From the NCBI GenBank assembly GCA_946494015.1, contig CAMMBL010000001.1:1699-65698 (forward strand): 64,000 nt of DNA, written 5' to 3'. The notes under the pieces are model-generated. The model searched no databases and had not been told where the DNA came from. It worked only from the letters and a program-made list of their open reading frames with translations. The position numbers and the translations under genes were made by a program. The first letter of the stretch is position 1. Each line of letters opens with the position of its first letter. The stretch comes from an uncultured Mycoplasmatota bacterium. GTDB lineage: Bacteria > Bacillota_I > Bacilli_A > RF39 > UBA660. Shown piece after piece: positions 32,399 to 44,856 of this stretch.

Positions 32399-33035
32399 AA
32401 AAAGAATCTCTCCTAATACAGTCGCTCTAATAGGAGCTGTTGTAATAACACTAGGAGGGTTCTTTCTTTTCTATAACTTCATTAGTGATAAAAGACTAAA
32501 AGCCTATGATTATATGAATGAAAAAATAACAGATAGGCAAACAGAAATTTATGATGTAACTACTAAAGAAATAGCAAGTACTAATACTAATGAAGAACAA
32601 ATAGAAAAACAAACTAAATATAAAGATATAGAAAATTATATTGGATATTTAGAAATACCAAAAATAAAGTTTAGAAGGGGTTTTTATAAAATAGATTCTA
32701 AATTAAATAATGTAGAATCTAATATACAAATAATTAAAGGTAGTAATATGCCTGATATTACAAATGGTAATTTAATAATTGCTGGACATTCAGGTACAGG
32801 TTGGAAAGCATTTTTTAAAAACTTATACAAATTAGAAATAGGTGATAATTTAATTGTTACTTATAGTGGCTTAAAATACACGTATAAAATAACAAATATT
32901 TATAAAGAACAAAATACAGGTACTATCTCTATAAAAAGAAATTATGATAAGACAACACTTACTTTAGTAACTTGTACTAAAGATGATAGTACTACACAAA
33001 CAATCTATATTGCTGAGTTAGAAAATATAGAATAA
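32373..33035 (+). CDS. Sortase (class uncertain); overlaps the substrate gene end
   Basis: N-terminal signal anchor; catalytic IAGHSG and TLVTCT motifs. Confidence 0.85.
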   Translation: MARNKKLNKKRISPNTVALIGAVVITLGGFFLFYNFISDKRLKAYDYMNEKITDRQTEIYDVTTKEIASTNTNEEQIEKQTKYKDIENYIGYLEIPKIKFRRGFYKIDSKLNNVESNIQIIKGSNMPDITNGNLIIAGHSGTGWKAFFKNLYKLEIGDNLIVTYSGLKYTYKITNIYKEQNTGTISIKRNYDKTTLTLVTCTKDDSTTQTIYIAELENIE

Positions 33036-33050
33036 GGGGGGTGGTTATTA

Positions 33051-33914
33051 ATGAGTCCTTTATCATTAGTAACAAAATTACAAACAGTTTGGGAGTTTAT
33101 TACATCTAAAAACTTATATTTAATGATACTAGCTATTATTGGCTTTTTAACAGTAATTTTTATTACAACTAATGGATCTAATAGAAAGCAAAGTAGACAT
33201 ACATACATTATCCTATATATCGCTCTTTTCATCTTTGCAGCTATCCAATACGGTAATAGTTTTATATCATTAGTAGATTATGCTATAAATGAAGTCTTTA
33301 TAACATATTACTTTCCTAATATAGTAATCTATCTAATTATGTTAATCATTACTAATATAATCTTGTGGAAAACACTTTTTAGTAATAATATAGATAAAAA
33401 ATTAAAAATTATTAACTCATGTGTTTTTAGTATAATAATCTATCTTTTCATCTTAGCAATTGCCGCAATTACTAATTTAGATTTAGATGTTTATAATATT
33501 ACTGAATTATATAGTAGTAATCAAGTAAGAAGTCTCTTAGAATTAAGTATGTTTATATTTGCTTTTTGGATAATTATATTAGTTATATATCATCTTATTA
33601 AAAAATATCAATATAAACATAATATAATAGTAGAACAAGAATTTACTAACTATAATATTATAAATAACTTTGATACAAATATCCCCTATAAAGTAGTTAA
33701 AAAAACAATGGATATTGAACCTCTTGAACCAAAAAAGGAAGCAAAGGAACCAACTGAAGTAATAGATTTATCAAAAACATTTACATTAGAGGAATATAAA
33801 ATAATGTCACAAATATTAAAAGAAGAAAAAGCTAAACAAAATAAAATACAACCTGAAACAGAAGAAAATCCTTTAACAGAATTAAACAAATTATATCAAA
33901 GTATAAAAGATTAA
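33051..33914 (+). CDS. Polytopic membrane protein with charged C-terminal tail, function unknown
   Basis: About six TM segments; follows the sortase. Confidence 0.5.
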   Translation: MSPLSLVTKLQTVWEFITSKNLYLMILAIIGFLTVIFITTNGSNRKQSRHTYIILYIALFIFAAIQYGNSFISLVDYAINEVFITYYFPNIVIYLIMLIITNIILWKTLFSNNIDKKLKIINSCVFSIIIYLFILAIAAITNLDLDVYNITELYSSNQVRSLLELSMFIFAFWIIILVIYHLIKKYQYKHNIIVEQEFTNYNIINNFDTNIPYKVVKKTMDIEPLEPKKEAKEPTEVIDLSKTFTLEEYKIMSQILKEEKAKQNKIQPETEENPLTELNKLYQSIKD

Positions 33915-33920
33915 CCTAAC

Positions 33921-33958
33921 TAAAAACCACAGTTCTAGTTTAGAAACTGTGGTTTTTA
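33921..33958 (+). terminator. Rho-independent terminator
   Basis: AAAAACCACAGTT-ctagtttag-AAACTGTGGTTTTT. Confidence 0.7.
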
Positions 33959-34016
33959 CATATTTAAAAAACTGTATGAATTTATTAAACTAAACATATA
34001 ATTTAATGGTGATAAA

Positions 34017-34940
34017 ATGTTAAATGAACAAGAATTTTATGAACAATCATTAAATGCTAATCTTTACTACTTAAGAACATTAAGAGACTTTTGTATTAAT
34101 ATTCAACTTTCTTTTTATGAAAATAATGATTATAAAGCAAGAGCAGTTACGCTTGCTAAAAGAAGTCAAGACTTAGGAAGAAATATTATTACTTCTACTA
34201 ATGGAGTAGTTCCAAGTAAAGGTTTAGATTATCAAATCTATTATACCAAATATACTCTTGCAACCGAGAAATTAACAGAAAAATTATTTTCTTTAGATCT
34301 AGCTACAGATATAACAGAAAACTCTTTAAAACTAACTAAATCTGATACTTTTGACACTACGGAAGAAACTATTGCTCAAATGAGTAATATTAATCAAAGA
34401 GCTTTAAATATTGCCAATGATTTTATTGACCTATCAAAAGAAATTATGAGTGAAATTACTAATAATAATCTTTTTTCATACTCATATCCAACTATGTATA
34501 ATTTTATGATTATAACTATTAACCTATATATAGGAGAATTAAATAGACTTCAAGAAAGGTTAAGAAAAGATCCAATCATAGCCTTAGATACAGAATATGG
34601 GTATAATATTTCAAGTTATGAAATAACATCTTTTCTAAGGGGACTAATAGATCCTAGTGCTAGTGCATATATAGAAATTTTAGATAATATTTTAAATGAT
34701 AGTTATAAAGAACTATTAGAAGATTATAATAATTTACCACTTTCACCAGAAAATCAAAAAAATCTAACTGAACGAAGTATCGCTATCATTAGAAGAATAA
34801 GATTAACAATATCTAATATGCTCCAAGACTTATTAAATGCTAACTTATATTTCATTATAGAACCTTTAGCAATAGATAATTTTTATCGTAATATAAACTA
34901 TTATCTATATGTTTTAGATACTACTAATCAAGAATCATAA
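34017..34940 (+). CDS. Hypothetical protein (307 aa)
   Basis: ORF only. Confidence 0.45.
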   Translation: MLNEQEFYEQSLNANLYYLRTLRDFCINIQLSFYENNDYKARAVTLAKRSQDLGRNIITSTNGVVPSKGLDYQIYYTKYTLATEKLTEKLFSLDLATDITENSLKLTKSDTFDTTEETIAQMSNINQRALNIANDFIDLSKEIMSEITNNNLFSYSYPTMYNFMIITINLYIGELNRLQERLRKDPIIALDTEYGYNISSYEITSFLRGLIDPSASAYIEILDNILNDSYKELLEDYNNLPLSPENQKNLTERSIAIIRRIRLTISNMLQDLLNANLYFIIEPLAIDNFYRNINYYLYVLDTTNQES

Positions 34941-35023
34941 AGAAGTTAAAAACTTCTTTTTAGTTTTCCTAATTCACAATTAACTTTATTCTTGTTATAA
35001 TAAATTAGGAAGTAGGTAATAAC

Positions 35024-37117
35024 ATGAGTATGATAGAACTAGATAGTTTAAATAAAGAACAGAAAAAAGCCGTTTTATACAATGATGGTCCTCTTTTAAT
35101 AATCGCTGGGGCTGGAAGTGGTAAAACTAAAGTTTTAACTACTAAAATTGCATATTTAATAGAACAATTAAATATCTTTCCTTGGGAAATACTTGCTATA
35201 ACTTTTACTAATAAAGCTGCCTTAGAAATGAAAGAGCGTGTTGATAGTATGATAGGTAGTAAATCTAAAGATATACAAATATCAACCTTTCATTCTTTTG
35301 GCCTTAAAATATTAAGAGAAAACTATGATAAATTAGGTTATAATAAAAACTTTGTTATAATGGATAGTGATGATTCTCTAACTATTATAAAAAAAATATT
35401 AAAATCCTTAAATTATGATCCTAAAATCTATAATCCTAAAGCTATAAAAAATAAAATTAGTAACTGTAAAAATGAATTATTAACCCCTAAAGATTATGAA
35501 AGATATGTAGCAAGTGATTATGAAAAAGTCATAAATGAAGTATATTACAAATATGAAAAGAAATTAAAACAAAATAATGCTATAGATTTTGATGATTTAC
35601 TAATATTACCAATAAAATTATTTAGAGAAAATAAAGAAGTGTTGCAAAAATATCAAGAACGTTATAAATACATTTTAATAGATGAGTATCAAGATACCAA
35701 TGAAGCTCAATATATCCTATCAAAAATGATTAGTGCTAAATATCAAAATATTTGTGTTGTAGGCGATGCTGATCAAGCTATTTATGGTTTTAGAGGAGCT
35801 AATTATAAAAATATTTTAAATTTTGAAAAAGATTATCCTAAAGCCTTAAGTATTAAATTAGAACAAAATTATCGTTCTACAAAGACTATTTTAGATGCAG
35901 CTAATTTTGTTATAAAAAATAATGAAAAAAGAAAAGAGAAAAATCTTTGGTCAACTAAAGGAGTAGGAGAGAAAATAACTTATTATCGTGCTTATGATGA
36001 AAAAGATGAAAGTCATTATACGGCAATGACTATTAAAAAATTATTAAATGAAGGCAAAGATGCCAGTGATATAGCTGTTTTATATAGGACAAATGCTCAA
36101 TCAAGAGTAATTGAAGAAGAACTTTTAAAACAAAATATTCCCTATCGAATAGTAGGAGGTTTTAGTTTCTATCAAAGAAAAGAAATTAAAGACTTATTAG
36201 CATATTTAAAACTAATATATAACCCTAAAGATGATGTTAGCCTATTAAGGGTAATTAATTCTCCAAAACGAGGTATAGGCTTAAAAACAATAGAGAATTT
36301 AACAGCCAAAGCTGATAGTTTAGGAGTAAGTCTTTTTGAAGTTATAGAAAGCTCTAAAGAATTAAAATTTAAAGAATTAATACTTTCTCTTAAGAAAGTT
36401 GCCGAAACTGTTACTTTAACTGAATTAATTGATAAAGTATTAGAATCAAGTGGTTTAAAAAAAGAACTTGAAACTGAAAAGACTATTGAAAGTGAAATAA
36501 GATTAGAAAACTTAGAAGAATTTAAATCTATAACTAAAGCTTTTGAAGAACGAGAAGGCTTAGTATCATTAGAAGATTTTCTTTATGAAGTTAGTCTTGT
36601 TAATGATAAAGATGAATATAAAGATCCCCGTCATAAAGTTAGTTTAATGACTATCCATTCAGTTAAAGGATTAGAATATGATGTTGTATTCGTACTAGGA
36701 TTAGAAGAAGGAATATTTCCTCATCTTAATTCTTTAATGAGTAATAGTGAAGTAGAAGAAGAAAGACGTCTTTGTTATGTTGCTATTACAAGAGCTAAAG
36801 AAAAACTATATCTTTTAAATGCTAGAAGGAGAGTTTTATTTGGAAAAGAAGGAATTAACCCACCTAGTAGATTTTTAAATGAAATAGATCCAAGTCTACT
36901 AAATAGCAATGTTGAAAATACATCTTCAAAAATAGTTAAAGAAAATGTAATAAGAGAAGAAGATGTAGATTATAAAGTGGGAGATTATGTTGTTCATGAG
37001 AACTTTGGTGCTGGTCGAGTTATAGAAGTTACTAACTCATTAGTAACAGTTGCTTTTCCTCATCCATATGGAATTAAAAAACTTATGAAAAATCATAAAA
37101 GTCTCTCTAAAGTATAA
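35024..37117 (+). CDS. pcrA: ATP-dependent DNA helicase PcrA (UvrD family)
   Basis: Walker A GAGSGKT; UvrD motifs. Confidence 0.93.
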   Translation: MSMIELDSLNKEQKKAVLYNDGPLLIIAGAGSGKTKVLTTKIAYLIEQLNIFPWEILAITFTNKAALEMKERVDSMIGSKSKDIQISTFHSFGLKILRENYDKLGYNKNFVIMDSDDSLTIIKKILKSLNYDPKIYNPKAIKNKISNCKNELLTPKDYERYVASDYEKVINEVYYKYEKKLKQNNAIDFDDLLILPIKLFRENKEVLQKYQERYKYILIDEYQDTNEAQYILSKMISAKYQNICVVGDADQAIYGFRGANYKNILNFEKDYPKALSIKLEQNYRSTKTILDAANFVIKNNEKRKEKNLWSTKGVGEKITYYRAYDEKDESHYTAMTIKKLLNEGKDASDIAVLYRTNAQSRVIEEELLKQNIPYRIVGGFSFYQRKEIKDLLAYLKLIYNPKDDVSLLRVINSPKRGIGLKTIENLTAKADSLGVSLFEVIESSKELKFKELILSLKKVAETVTLTELIDKVLESSGLKKELETEKTIESEIRLENLEEFKSITKAFEEREGLVSLEDFLYEVSLVNDKDEYKDPRHKVSLMTIHSVKGLEYDVVFVLGLEEGIFPHLNSLMSNSEVEEERRLCYVAITRAKEKLYLLNARRRVLFGKEGINPPSRFLNEIDPSLLNSNVENTSSKIVKENVIREEDVDYKVGDYVVHENFGAGRVIEVTNSLVTVAFPHPYGIKKLMKNHKSLSKV

Positions 37118-37271
37118 AAGATGTCTAATAATTAAATATAATTTGAAAACTAATTTATTTAATGCTAAAATTACTACAAAAGAATATAAAGGATTAACTA
37201 GTGAAAAATCAATTAAAGAGAAGATGCAAGTTTATTTAAATTTAAAAATAATTTAACGGAGGTAAAAAAAT

Positions 37272-38183
37272 ATGTCAAAAAATAAAACATTACTAATTAT
37301 GGCTGCTGGAATGGGGAGCCGTTTCGGAGGCTTAAAGCAAATAGAACCAATAGGACCAAATCAAGAATTCTTAATAGATTATTCAATCTATGATGCCATT
37401 ATCGCTGGCTTTAATAAAGTAGTTTTTATAATAAAAAAAGAAAACTATGATATTTTTAGAGAAACAATAGGTAAAAGAGTAGAACCCCATATCAAAACAG
37501 AATATGTTTTTCAAACTAATGATAATATACCTTTAAAATATCAGGAAAAATTAAAAGATAGAGAAAAACCATTAGGAACAGCTCATGCTATATATTGCGC
37601 TAAAGATAAAATTAATGAACCCTTTGCCATTATTAATGCTGATGATTTTTATGGACGTGATGCTTATATTAAAGCAGCTAATTCCTTAGATAAAATAGAT
37701 GATGACAATTATGGATTAATTGCCTATAAACTTGGTAATACTCTAACTCCTAATGGTTCTGCTAAAAGAGGAGTATGTAAAATAGATGATAATAATAACT
37801 TAATATCTTTAACAGAAAGTAATGTAATTTTAAAAGGAGATTTAGTAGAAGTAAGTCCCTTAGATGGTTCTAAGAGTTTTAAAACAAGTAAAGATACTAT
37901 TGTATCTATGAATTTTCTTACCTTTACGCCAAGTTTATTTCCATTACTAGAAACAAAATTACAAGAATTTTTAGAAAAGAATGAAGCTGATTTATCAAAA
38001 TGTGAATTTTTAATACCAATTGTATTAAATGAATGTTTAATGGAAAAGACTAAAAAAGTAGATGTAATTAAAACAACAGCTACTTGGTATGGTATAACAT
38101 ATAAAGAAGATAAAGATTTAGTAGTAAAATCTATAAACAATTTAATAAAAGAAGGAATCTATAAACAAAATTTATGGTCTTAA
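37272..38183 (+). CDS. Sugar-phosphate nucleotidyltransferase family protein
   Basis: N-terminal LIMAAGMGSRFGGLKQ is a G-x-G-x-R NTP-transferase loop. Confidence 0.65.
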   Translation: MSKNKTLLIMAAGMGSRFGGLKQIEPIGPNQEFLIDYSIYDAIIAGFNKVVFIIKKENYDIFRETIGKRVEPHIKTEYVFQTNDNIPLKYQEKLKDREKPLGTAHAIYCAKDKINEPFAIINADDFYGRDAYIKAANSLDKIDDDNYGLIAYKLGNTLTPNGSAKRGVCKIDDNNNLISLTESNVILKGDLVEVSPLDGSKSFKTSKDTIVSMNFLTFTPSLFPLLETKLQEFLEKNEADLSKCEFLIPIVLNECLMEKTKKVDVIKTTATWYGITYKEDKDLVVKSINNLIKEGIYKQNLWS

Positions 38184-38198
38184 AGGAGCTTTTAGTAT

Positions 38199-39107
38199 AT
38201 GGAAAATGAAAAAACCTTGTTAATAATAGCAGACGAGATAACTAATCACTTTGGTAAGTTAAAACAATTAAATACTATAGGAAAAAATCAAGAATATTTA
38301 ATAGAATATTCAATTTATGATGCTATTAAAGCTGGGTTTACTAACGTAGTTTTTATAATAAAAAAAGATATATATAATCTCTTTAAAAAGATTATAGAAG
38401 AAAGAATTAAGATAAATATAAAAATAGAATATGTACTAAAAGATCCATCATATATTCCTAAAAAATATCAAGAATTTATAAATAAAAAACAAGGCCTATT
38501 AGGAACAGGCTATACAATATACTGTGCTAAAGATAAAATAAAAGGAAACTTTGCTGTTATAAATATCAATACATATTATGGTAAAGATGCTTTTCTAAAA
38601 GCAGCAAAATATTTTGATAATATTATATATAATCATTATGGGATAATAGGTTATACTCTTAATAATACTATAACTTCTAATAAAGAAGTAAAAAGAGAAA
38701 TATGCAAAATAGAAGATGATCAATTAAAATCTCTTAATCTAATGAGAGTTATTAAAAGAAAAAATAAATATATAAGTGCTAATATTAAAACTAATGAAGG
38801 AAAAGAAATTAGTAAAGATACTATTGTTAGTATGAACCTATTATTACTATCAAGTGATATCTTTAAAGTATTAGAAGAAGAACTATTACTATTTTTATCT
38901 CTATATCAAAAAAATTTATCAGAGGTAAAATTTACAATTTTAGATGTTTTAGATATGTGTGTAAAAAAGAATCTTAAAACAATAGATGTAATATTAACAT
39001 CTTCAACTTGTTATGAATTAAATTCTAAGGAAGATATAAAAAACATAACCAAAATATTAACAGAAGAAGAACTTTATCCACAACCATTGTGGATAAACCA
39101 TAATTAG
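38199..39107 (+). CDS. Paralog of the preceding nucleotidyltransferase with degenerate glycine-rich loop (possible pseudoenzyme)
   Basis: Same length and architecture, but LIIADEITNHFGKLKQ replaces AAGMGSRFGG. Confidence 0.55.
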   Translation: MENEKTLLIIADEITNHFGKLKQLNTIGKNQEYLIEYSIYDAIKAGFTNVVFIIKKDIYNLFKKIIEERIKINIKIEYVLKDPSYIPKKYQEFINKKQGLLGTGYTIYCAKDKIKGNFAVININTYYGKDAFLKAAKYFDNIIYNHYGIIGYTLNNTITSNKEVKREICKIEDDQLKSLNLMRVIKRKNKYISANIKTNEGKEISKDTIVSMNLLLLSSDIFKVLEEELLLFLSLYQKNLSEVKFTILDVLDMCVKKNLKTIDVILTSSTCYELNSKEDIKNITKILTEEELYPQPLWINHN

Positions 39108-39116
39108 GAGGAATAA

Positions 39117-41111
<1,995 letters not shown>

Positions 41112-41122
41112 GGGGGATTATT

Positions 41123-41713
41123 ATGATAACAGAAGAAAATAAGGAAGAAATTAGTGTAGAAAAAGAAAAAAAGATAAAGAAGATTTCCACTATTATAATG
41201 GTCATTATAATAGTGTTTGGCTTCCTAGTATTATTAGATGCTACCTTAGTAAAAACAGCTAATATTGGGCCTTTTCTTGCGATTAGAACTAAAGTATATA
41301 ATGATGGAGGTACTAAAGAATATTATGGTCTTGGTTATAAAGTAATTAAATATAATCAAGAAGTAGGAAGAAAAGATACAGTAATAGGTACTTGGTCTTT
41401 AAAATATAATACAACTCCCTTAAACTTTACACTTGAAACACTAGCTTATAGTATTCAAAATAATAATAATACTTATAAAGATTCTTTTATTAGAGTATCA
41501 GGTACTATTAATAAGATAGATACAAAGAATAAAACTATTACTTTACAATTTACTGATAATGAAAAAGGTAAGTATAATTTAACTGTAGAAGCTAAAGTTT
41601 TAAGTAAATTAAAAGATTTAAAAAAAGATCAAAATATTAGTTTAATAGGGACTGTAACTTCCTATGATAAAAATACAAAAGTACTAACTATTTCTAATGC
41701 CTTTGCTAAATAA
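41123..41713 (+). CDS. Membrane-anchored hypothetical protein
   Basis: Single N-terminal TM. Confidence 0.5.
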   Translation: MITEENKEEISVEKEKKIKKISTIIMVIIIVFGFLVLLDATLVKTANIGPFLAIRTKVYNDGGTKEYYGLGYKVIKYNQEVGRKDTVIGTWSLKYNTTPLNFTLETLAYSIQNNNNTYKDSFIRVSGTINKIDTKNKTITLQFTDNEKGKYNLTVEAKVLSKLKDLKKDQNISLIGTVTSYDKNTKVLTISNAFAK

Positions 41714-41774
41714 GGTATTTTTTTCTTGCCTTTATCCTAAAAAGATAGTAGTATAGTAATTCCACGGAGGAAAC

Positions 41775-43169
41775 ATGAAAGATACATTACTACAATCAAT
41801 AGGCTTTACTAAAGAAGAAATAGATAAGCTTTTATTAAAACATCCAAAATGTTATCAAAAATTTGAAGAATTAATTAGTTTATTAGGATCCCTTCAAATA
41901 AAAAATATTAAAAACTATCTAATGCAAAATAGTTATTTATTTGAAAAAGATATATATATAATAGCTAATAATATTTCAAAAACATTTAATATAGAACAAA
42001 GCTATTATAAAACTATAAAAAAATTAACTACTAATAAATATGATATAATAAGTATAAAGGTGATAAAAATGATATATTATGATAATGCTGCTACGACTAA
42101 AGTAGATAAAGAAGTATTAGATACATTTATAAAAGTTTCTAATGATTATATAGGTAATCCTAATTCTATTCATAAATTAGGTTTTGAAAGTAAAAAACTA
42201 ATGAATGCTGCTATAAAACAAGTTGCTAATCTTCTTAATGTTAAAGAAGATGAAATAATATTTACAAGTAGTAGTAGTGAATCTAATAATTTAGCAATAA
42301 AAGGAGTATTAGCATCTTATCCTAAAAGAAAAAAGATTATCTTAACTACGATTTTAGAACATCCATCTATTACTAATACGTTAAATAATTTAAAAGATAT
42401 AGAAATTATTAATTTAAAACTAGATAATAATTATCATATAGATATAAATGATTTAAAAGAAAAATTAAAATTAGATCCCATATTAGTTTCTATTCATCAT
42501 ATAAATAGTGAATTAGGAATAATCCAAGATATTGATACTATAGGTAAAATAATTAAAGAAAATAGTAAAGCTATCTTTCATGTTGATGGTACCCAAAGTT
42601 TAACTAAAATAGATGTAAATCTAAATAATGTAGATTTATTTTCAGCATCAGCCCATAAATTTAATGGTTTAAAAGGAATAGCTATCTTAATCAAAAAAGA
42701 AAAAATAACTCTAACCCCTTTAATACATGGTGGTTCATCACAAAGTATATACCGAGCAGGAACTCCTTCTCCAGCTTTAATAGCCTCTTTTGCTAAAGTT
42801 TTAAGATTATCATTACAAACCAAAGATAAAGCTTATTTAAAAGTAAAAGAAATTAATAAATATCTAAAAGAAGAATTAAATAATATTAAAAATATTACTA
42901 TAAACTCAAAACAAGATTCTTCTCCATACATCATAAATTTTAGTATTAAAGGTATAAAACCTGAAACTATGATCCATAAATTAGAAGAAAAAGAAGTCTA
43001 TTTATCAACAAAAACAGCCTGTTCATCTAAAGAAGACTATTCAAAGAGTATATATTTATTAACTAATAACTTAGATATAAGTAAAACTTCTCTAAGACTT
43101 TCTTTATCAAAAGATAATACCCTAAAAGAAGCGAAAGAATTTATAAAAATATTAAATGAAAGTTTATAA
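41775..43169 (+). CDS. Cysteine desulfurase (NifS/NifZ-like, class V aminotransferase). The catalytic domain starts at internal ATG 42069 (RBS AAAGGTGA). The upstream 98 codons are either an N-terminal extension or a separate small ORF.
   Basis: From 42069 reads MIYYDNAATTKVDKEVL...; HK PLP lysine region (SASAHKFNGLKG); sits just before thiI, as nifZ-thiI does in Bacillus. Confidence 0.8.
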   Translation: MKDTLLQSIGFTKEEIDKLLLKHPKCYQKFEELISLLGSLQIKNIKNYLMQNSYLFEKDIYIIANNISKTFNIEQSYYKTIKKLTTNKYDIISIKVIKMIYYDNAATTKVDKEVLDTFIKVSNDYIGNPNSIHKLGFESKKLMNAAIKQVANLLNVKEDEIIFTSSSSESNNLAIKGVLASYPKRKKIILTTILEHPSITNTLNNLKDIEIINLKLDNNYHIDINDLKEKLKLDPILVSIHHINSELGIIQDIDTIGKIIKENSKAIFHVDGTQSLTKIDVNLNNVDLFSASAHKFNGLKGIAILIKKEKITLTPLIHGGSSQSIYRAGTPSPALIASFAKVLRLSLQTKDKAYLKVKEINKYLKEELNNIKNITINSKQDSSPYIINFSIKGIKPETMIHKLEEKEVYLSTKTACSSKEDYSKSIYLLTNNLDISKTSLRLSLSKDNTLKEAKEFIKILNESL

Positions 43170-43196
43170 TGCTAATTAATAAAGGAGTAAAAACAT

Positions 43197-44372
43197 ATGG
43201 AAAAAGTAATATTAATTAAATATGGAGAATTAACTACTAAAAAAGGTAATCGTAATTTTTTTGTTAAAACTTTAACAAAAAATATAGAAAATAAATTACA
43301 AGATTATAATATTGAAATTGAAAAAGATCTTTCAAGAATGTATATTCATTATAATGAAATAGATGAAAAAGATATTATAAGTAAAATTCATCAAATCTTT
43401 GGAATTCATTCTTATCATATCGCTTATGTTACTAATAGTGATATGGAATCTATTAAAAATGAATTAATAAAAACTATAAAACTTGAAGAATTTAAAACTT
43501 TTAAAGTAGAAGTAAAAAGAAGTGATAAAACATTTCCTAAAACAAGTATGGAACTATCTCCTATATTTGGTAGTATAGTTTTAAAAAATAAGGACAATAT
43601 TAAAGTAGATGTTAATAATCCTGATACTATTATTCATATTGAAATAAGAAAAGATCATACTTATATCTATTATAATGCATATCCTGGTTTAGGAGGATAT
43701 CCTAGTACTATTCAAGGTAAAGGATTATTAATGTTAAGTGGAGGAATAGATTCTCCAGTTGCCGGTTTTCTTGCTATGAAAAGAGGAATAAAAATAGAAG
43801 CAGTATATTTTGAAGCGATACCACATACTAGTTTAGAAGCAAGAGAAAAAGTAATAACTTTAGTAAATAAACTAAAAGTATATACTAATGATATTAAACT
43901 ATATATAGTACCATTTACTAAAATACAAGAAGAAATATATAAAAAAGTTTCTCCTAACTATGTTATTACTATTATGCGCAGAATGATGTATCGTATTATG
44001 GAAAATTTATGTAAAAAAAATAATGCTAAAGTAATAATTAATGGAGAATCAATTGGACAAGTTGCATCTCAAACATTAAATAGTATGTATGTTATAAATA
44101 ATGTAACTAATATACCTGTAATTAGACCAGTAGCATGTTTAGATAAATTAGAAATAATAGATATTGCTAAAAAAATAGATACTTATGAAACAAGTATATT
44201 GCCTTATGAAGATTGTTGTACAGTCTTTGTTCCTAAACATCCTATAATTAATCCAACTTTAGAAGAAACAATAAAAGAGGAAGAAAAAATAGATTATGAG
44301 AAAATTTTACAAGAAACAATAGATAATACTTTTATTTATAAAGAAAAAAATGATTATGAAAATATTCTTTAG
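43197..44372 (+). CDS. thiI: tRNA 4-thiouridine synthase
   Basis: THUMP N-terminus; PP-loop SGGIDSPVA. Confidence 0.92.
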   Translation: MEKVILIKYGELTTKKGNRNFFVKTLTKNIENKLQDYNIEIEKDLSRMYIHYNEIDEKDIISKIHQIFGIHSYHIAYVTNSDMESIKNELIKTIKLEEFKTFKVEVKRSDKTFPKTSMELSPIFGSIVLKNKDNIKVDVNNPDTIIHIEIRKDHTYIYYNAYPGLGGYPSTIQGKGLLMLSGGIDSPVAGFLAMKRGIKIEAVYFEAIPHTSLEAREKVITLVNKLKVYTNDIKLYIVPFTKIQEEIYKKVSPNYVITIMRRMMYRIMENLCKKNNAKVIINGESIGQVASQTLNSMYVINNVTNIPVIRPVACLDKLEIIDIAKKIDTYETSILPYEDCCTVFVPKHPIINPTLEETIKEEEKIDYEKILQETIDNTFIYKEKNDYENIL

Positions 44373-44446
44373 GTAAAAATTGGAAGTAAAAAAAATGTAT
44401 GAAATTTAAAAAAATTCGCATTCTACTAGTGTAGGAGGTGAAACAA

Positions 44447-44662
44447 ATGAACAACAAAATGAACACAGGTTCAATGAAAATGAGAGTTCCTGGTGCTAAA
44501 CAAGCTATCGATAAAATGAAATATGAAATAGCTAATGAATTCGGTGTTAATTTAGGACCAGATGCTACTAGCCGTGCTAACGGTTCAGTTGGTGGTGAAA
44601 TCACTAGACGTTTAGTACAAAACGGATTAAATCAAGTTAGCGGAAGTTATAGTAATAAATAA
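44447..44662 (+). CDS. Small acid-soluble spore protein, alpha/beta type (ATG 44447 after AGGAGGTG)
   Basis: [10 protein letters not shown] and [13 protein letters not shown] signatures. Confidence 0.85.
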   Translation: MNNKMNTGSMKMRVPGAKQAIDKMKYEIANEFGVNLGPDATSRANGSVGGEITRRLVQNGLNQVSGSYSNK

Positions 44663-44674
44663 GTAATATAACTT

Positions 44675-44712
44675 AGTCGATAGGTCATAAATGACCTATC
44701 TTTTTTATATAT
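44675..44712 (+). terminator. Rho-independent terminator
   Basis: GATAGGTCA-taaa-TGACCTATC then TTTTTT. Confidence 0.7.
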
Positions 44713-44856
44713 CTATTTAGATTACATATAAATAAAATTTAGCTTTATCTTTAATGTTATTTTAAGTAAAGAATAAACTTTTTATATAAAAGTACTAGCC
44801 TAGTTAAGAAATATTTGTTATACTATAAATAGTAAAAAAAGATAGGGTGTTAGCGA

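Noticed and set aside
44332-44604. Minus-strand ORF overlapping the SASP gene
   Set aside because: The SASP on the + strand has strong family signatures; the antisense ORF has none.
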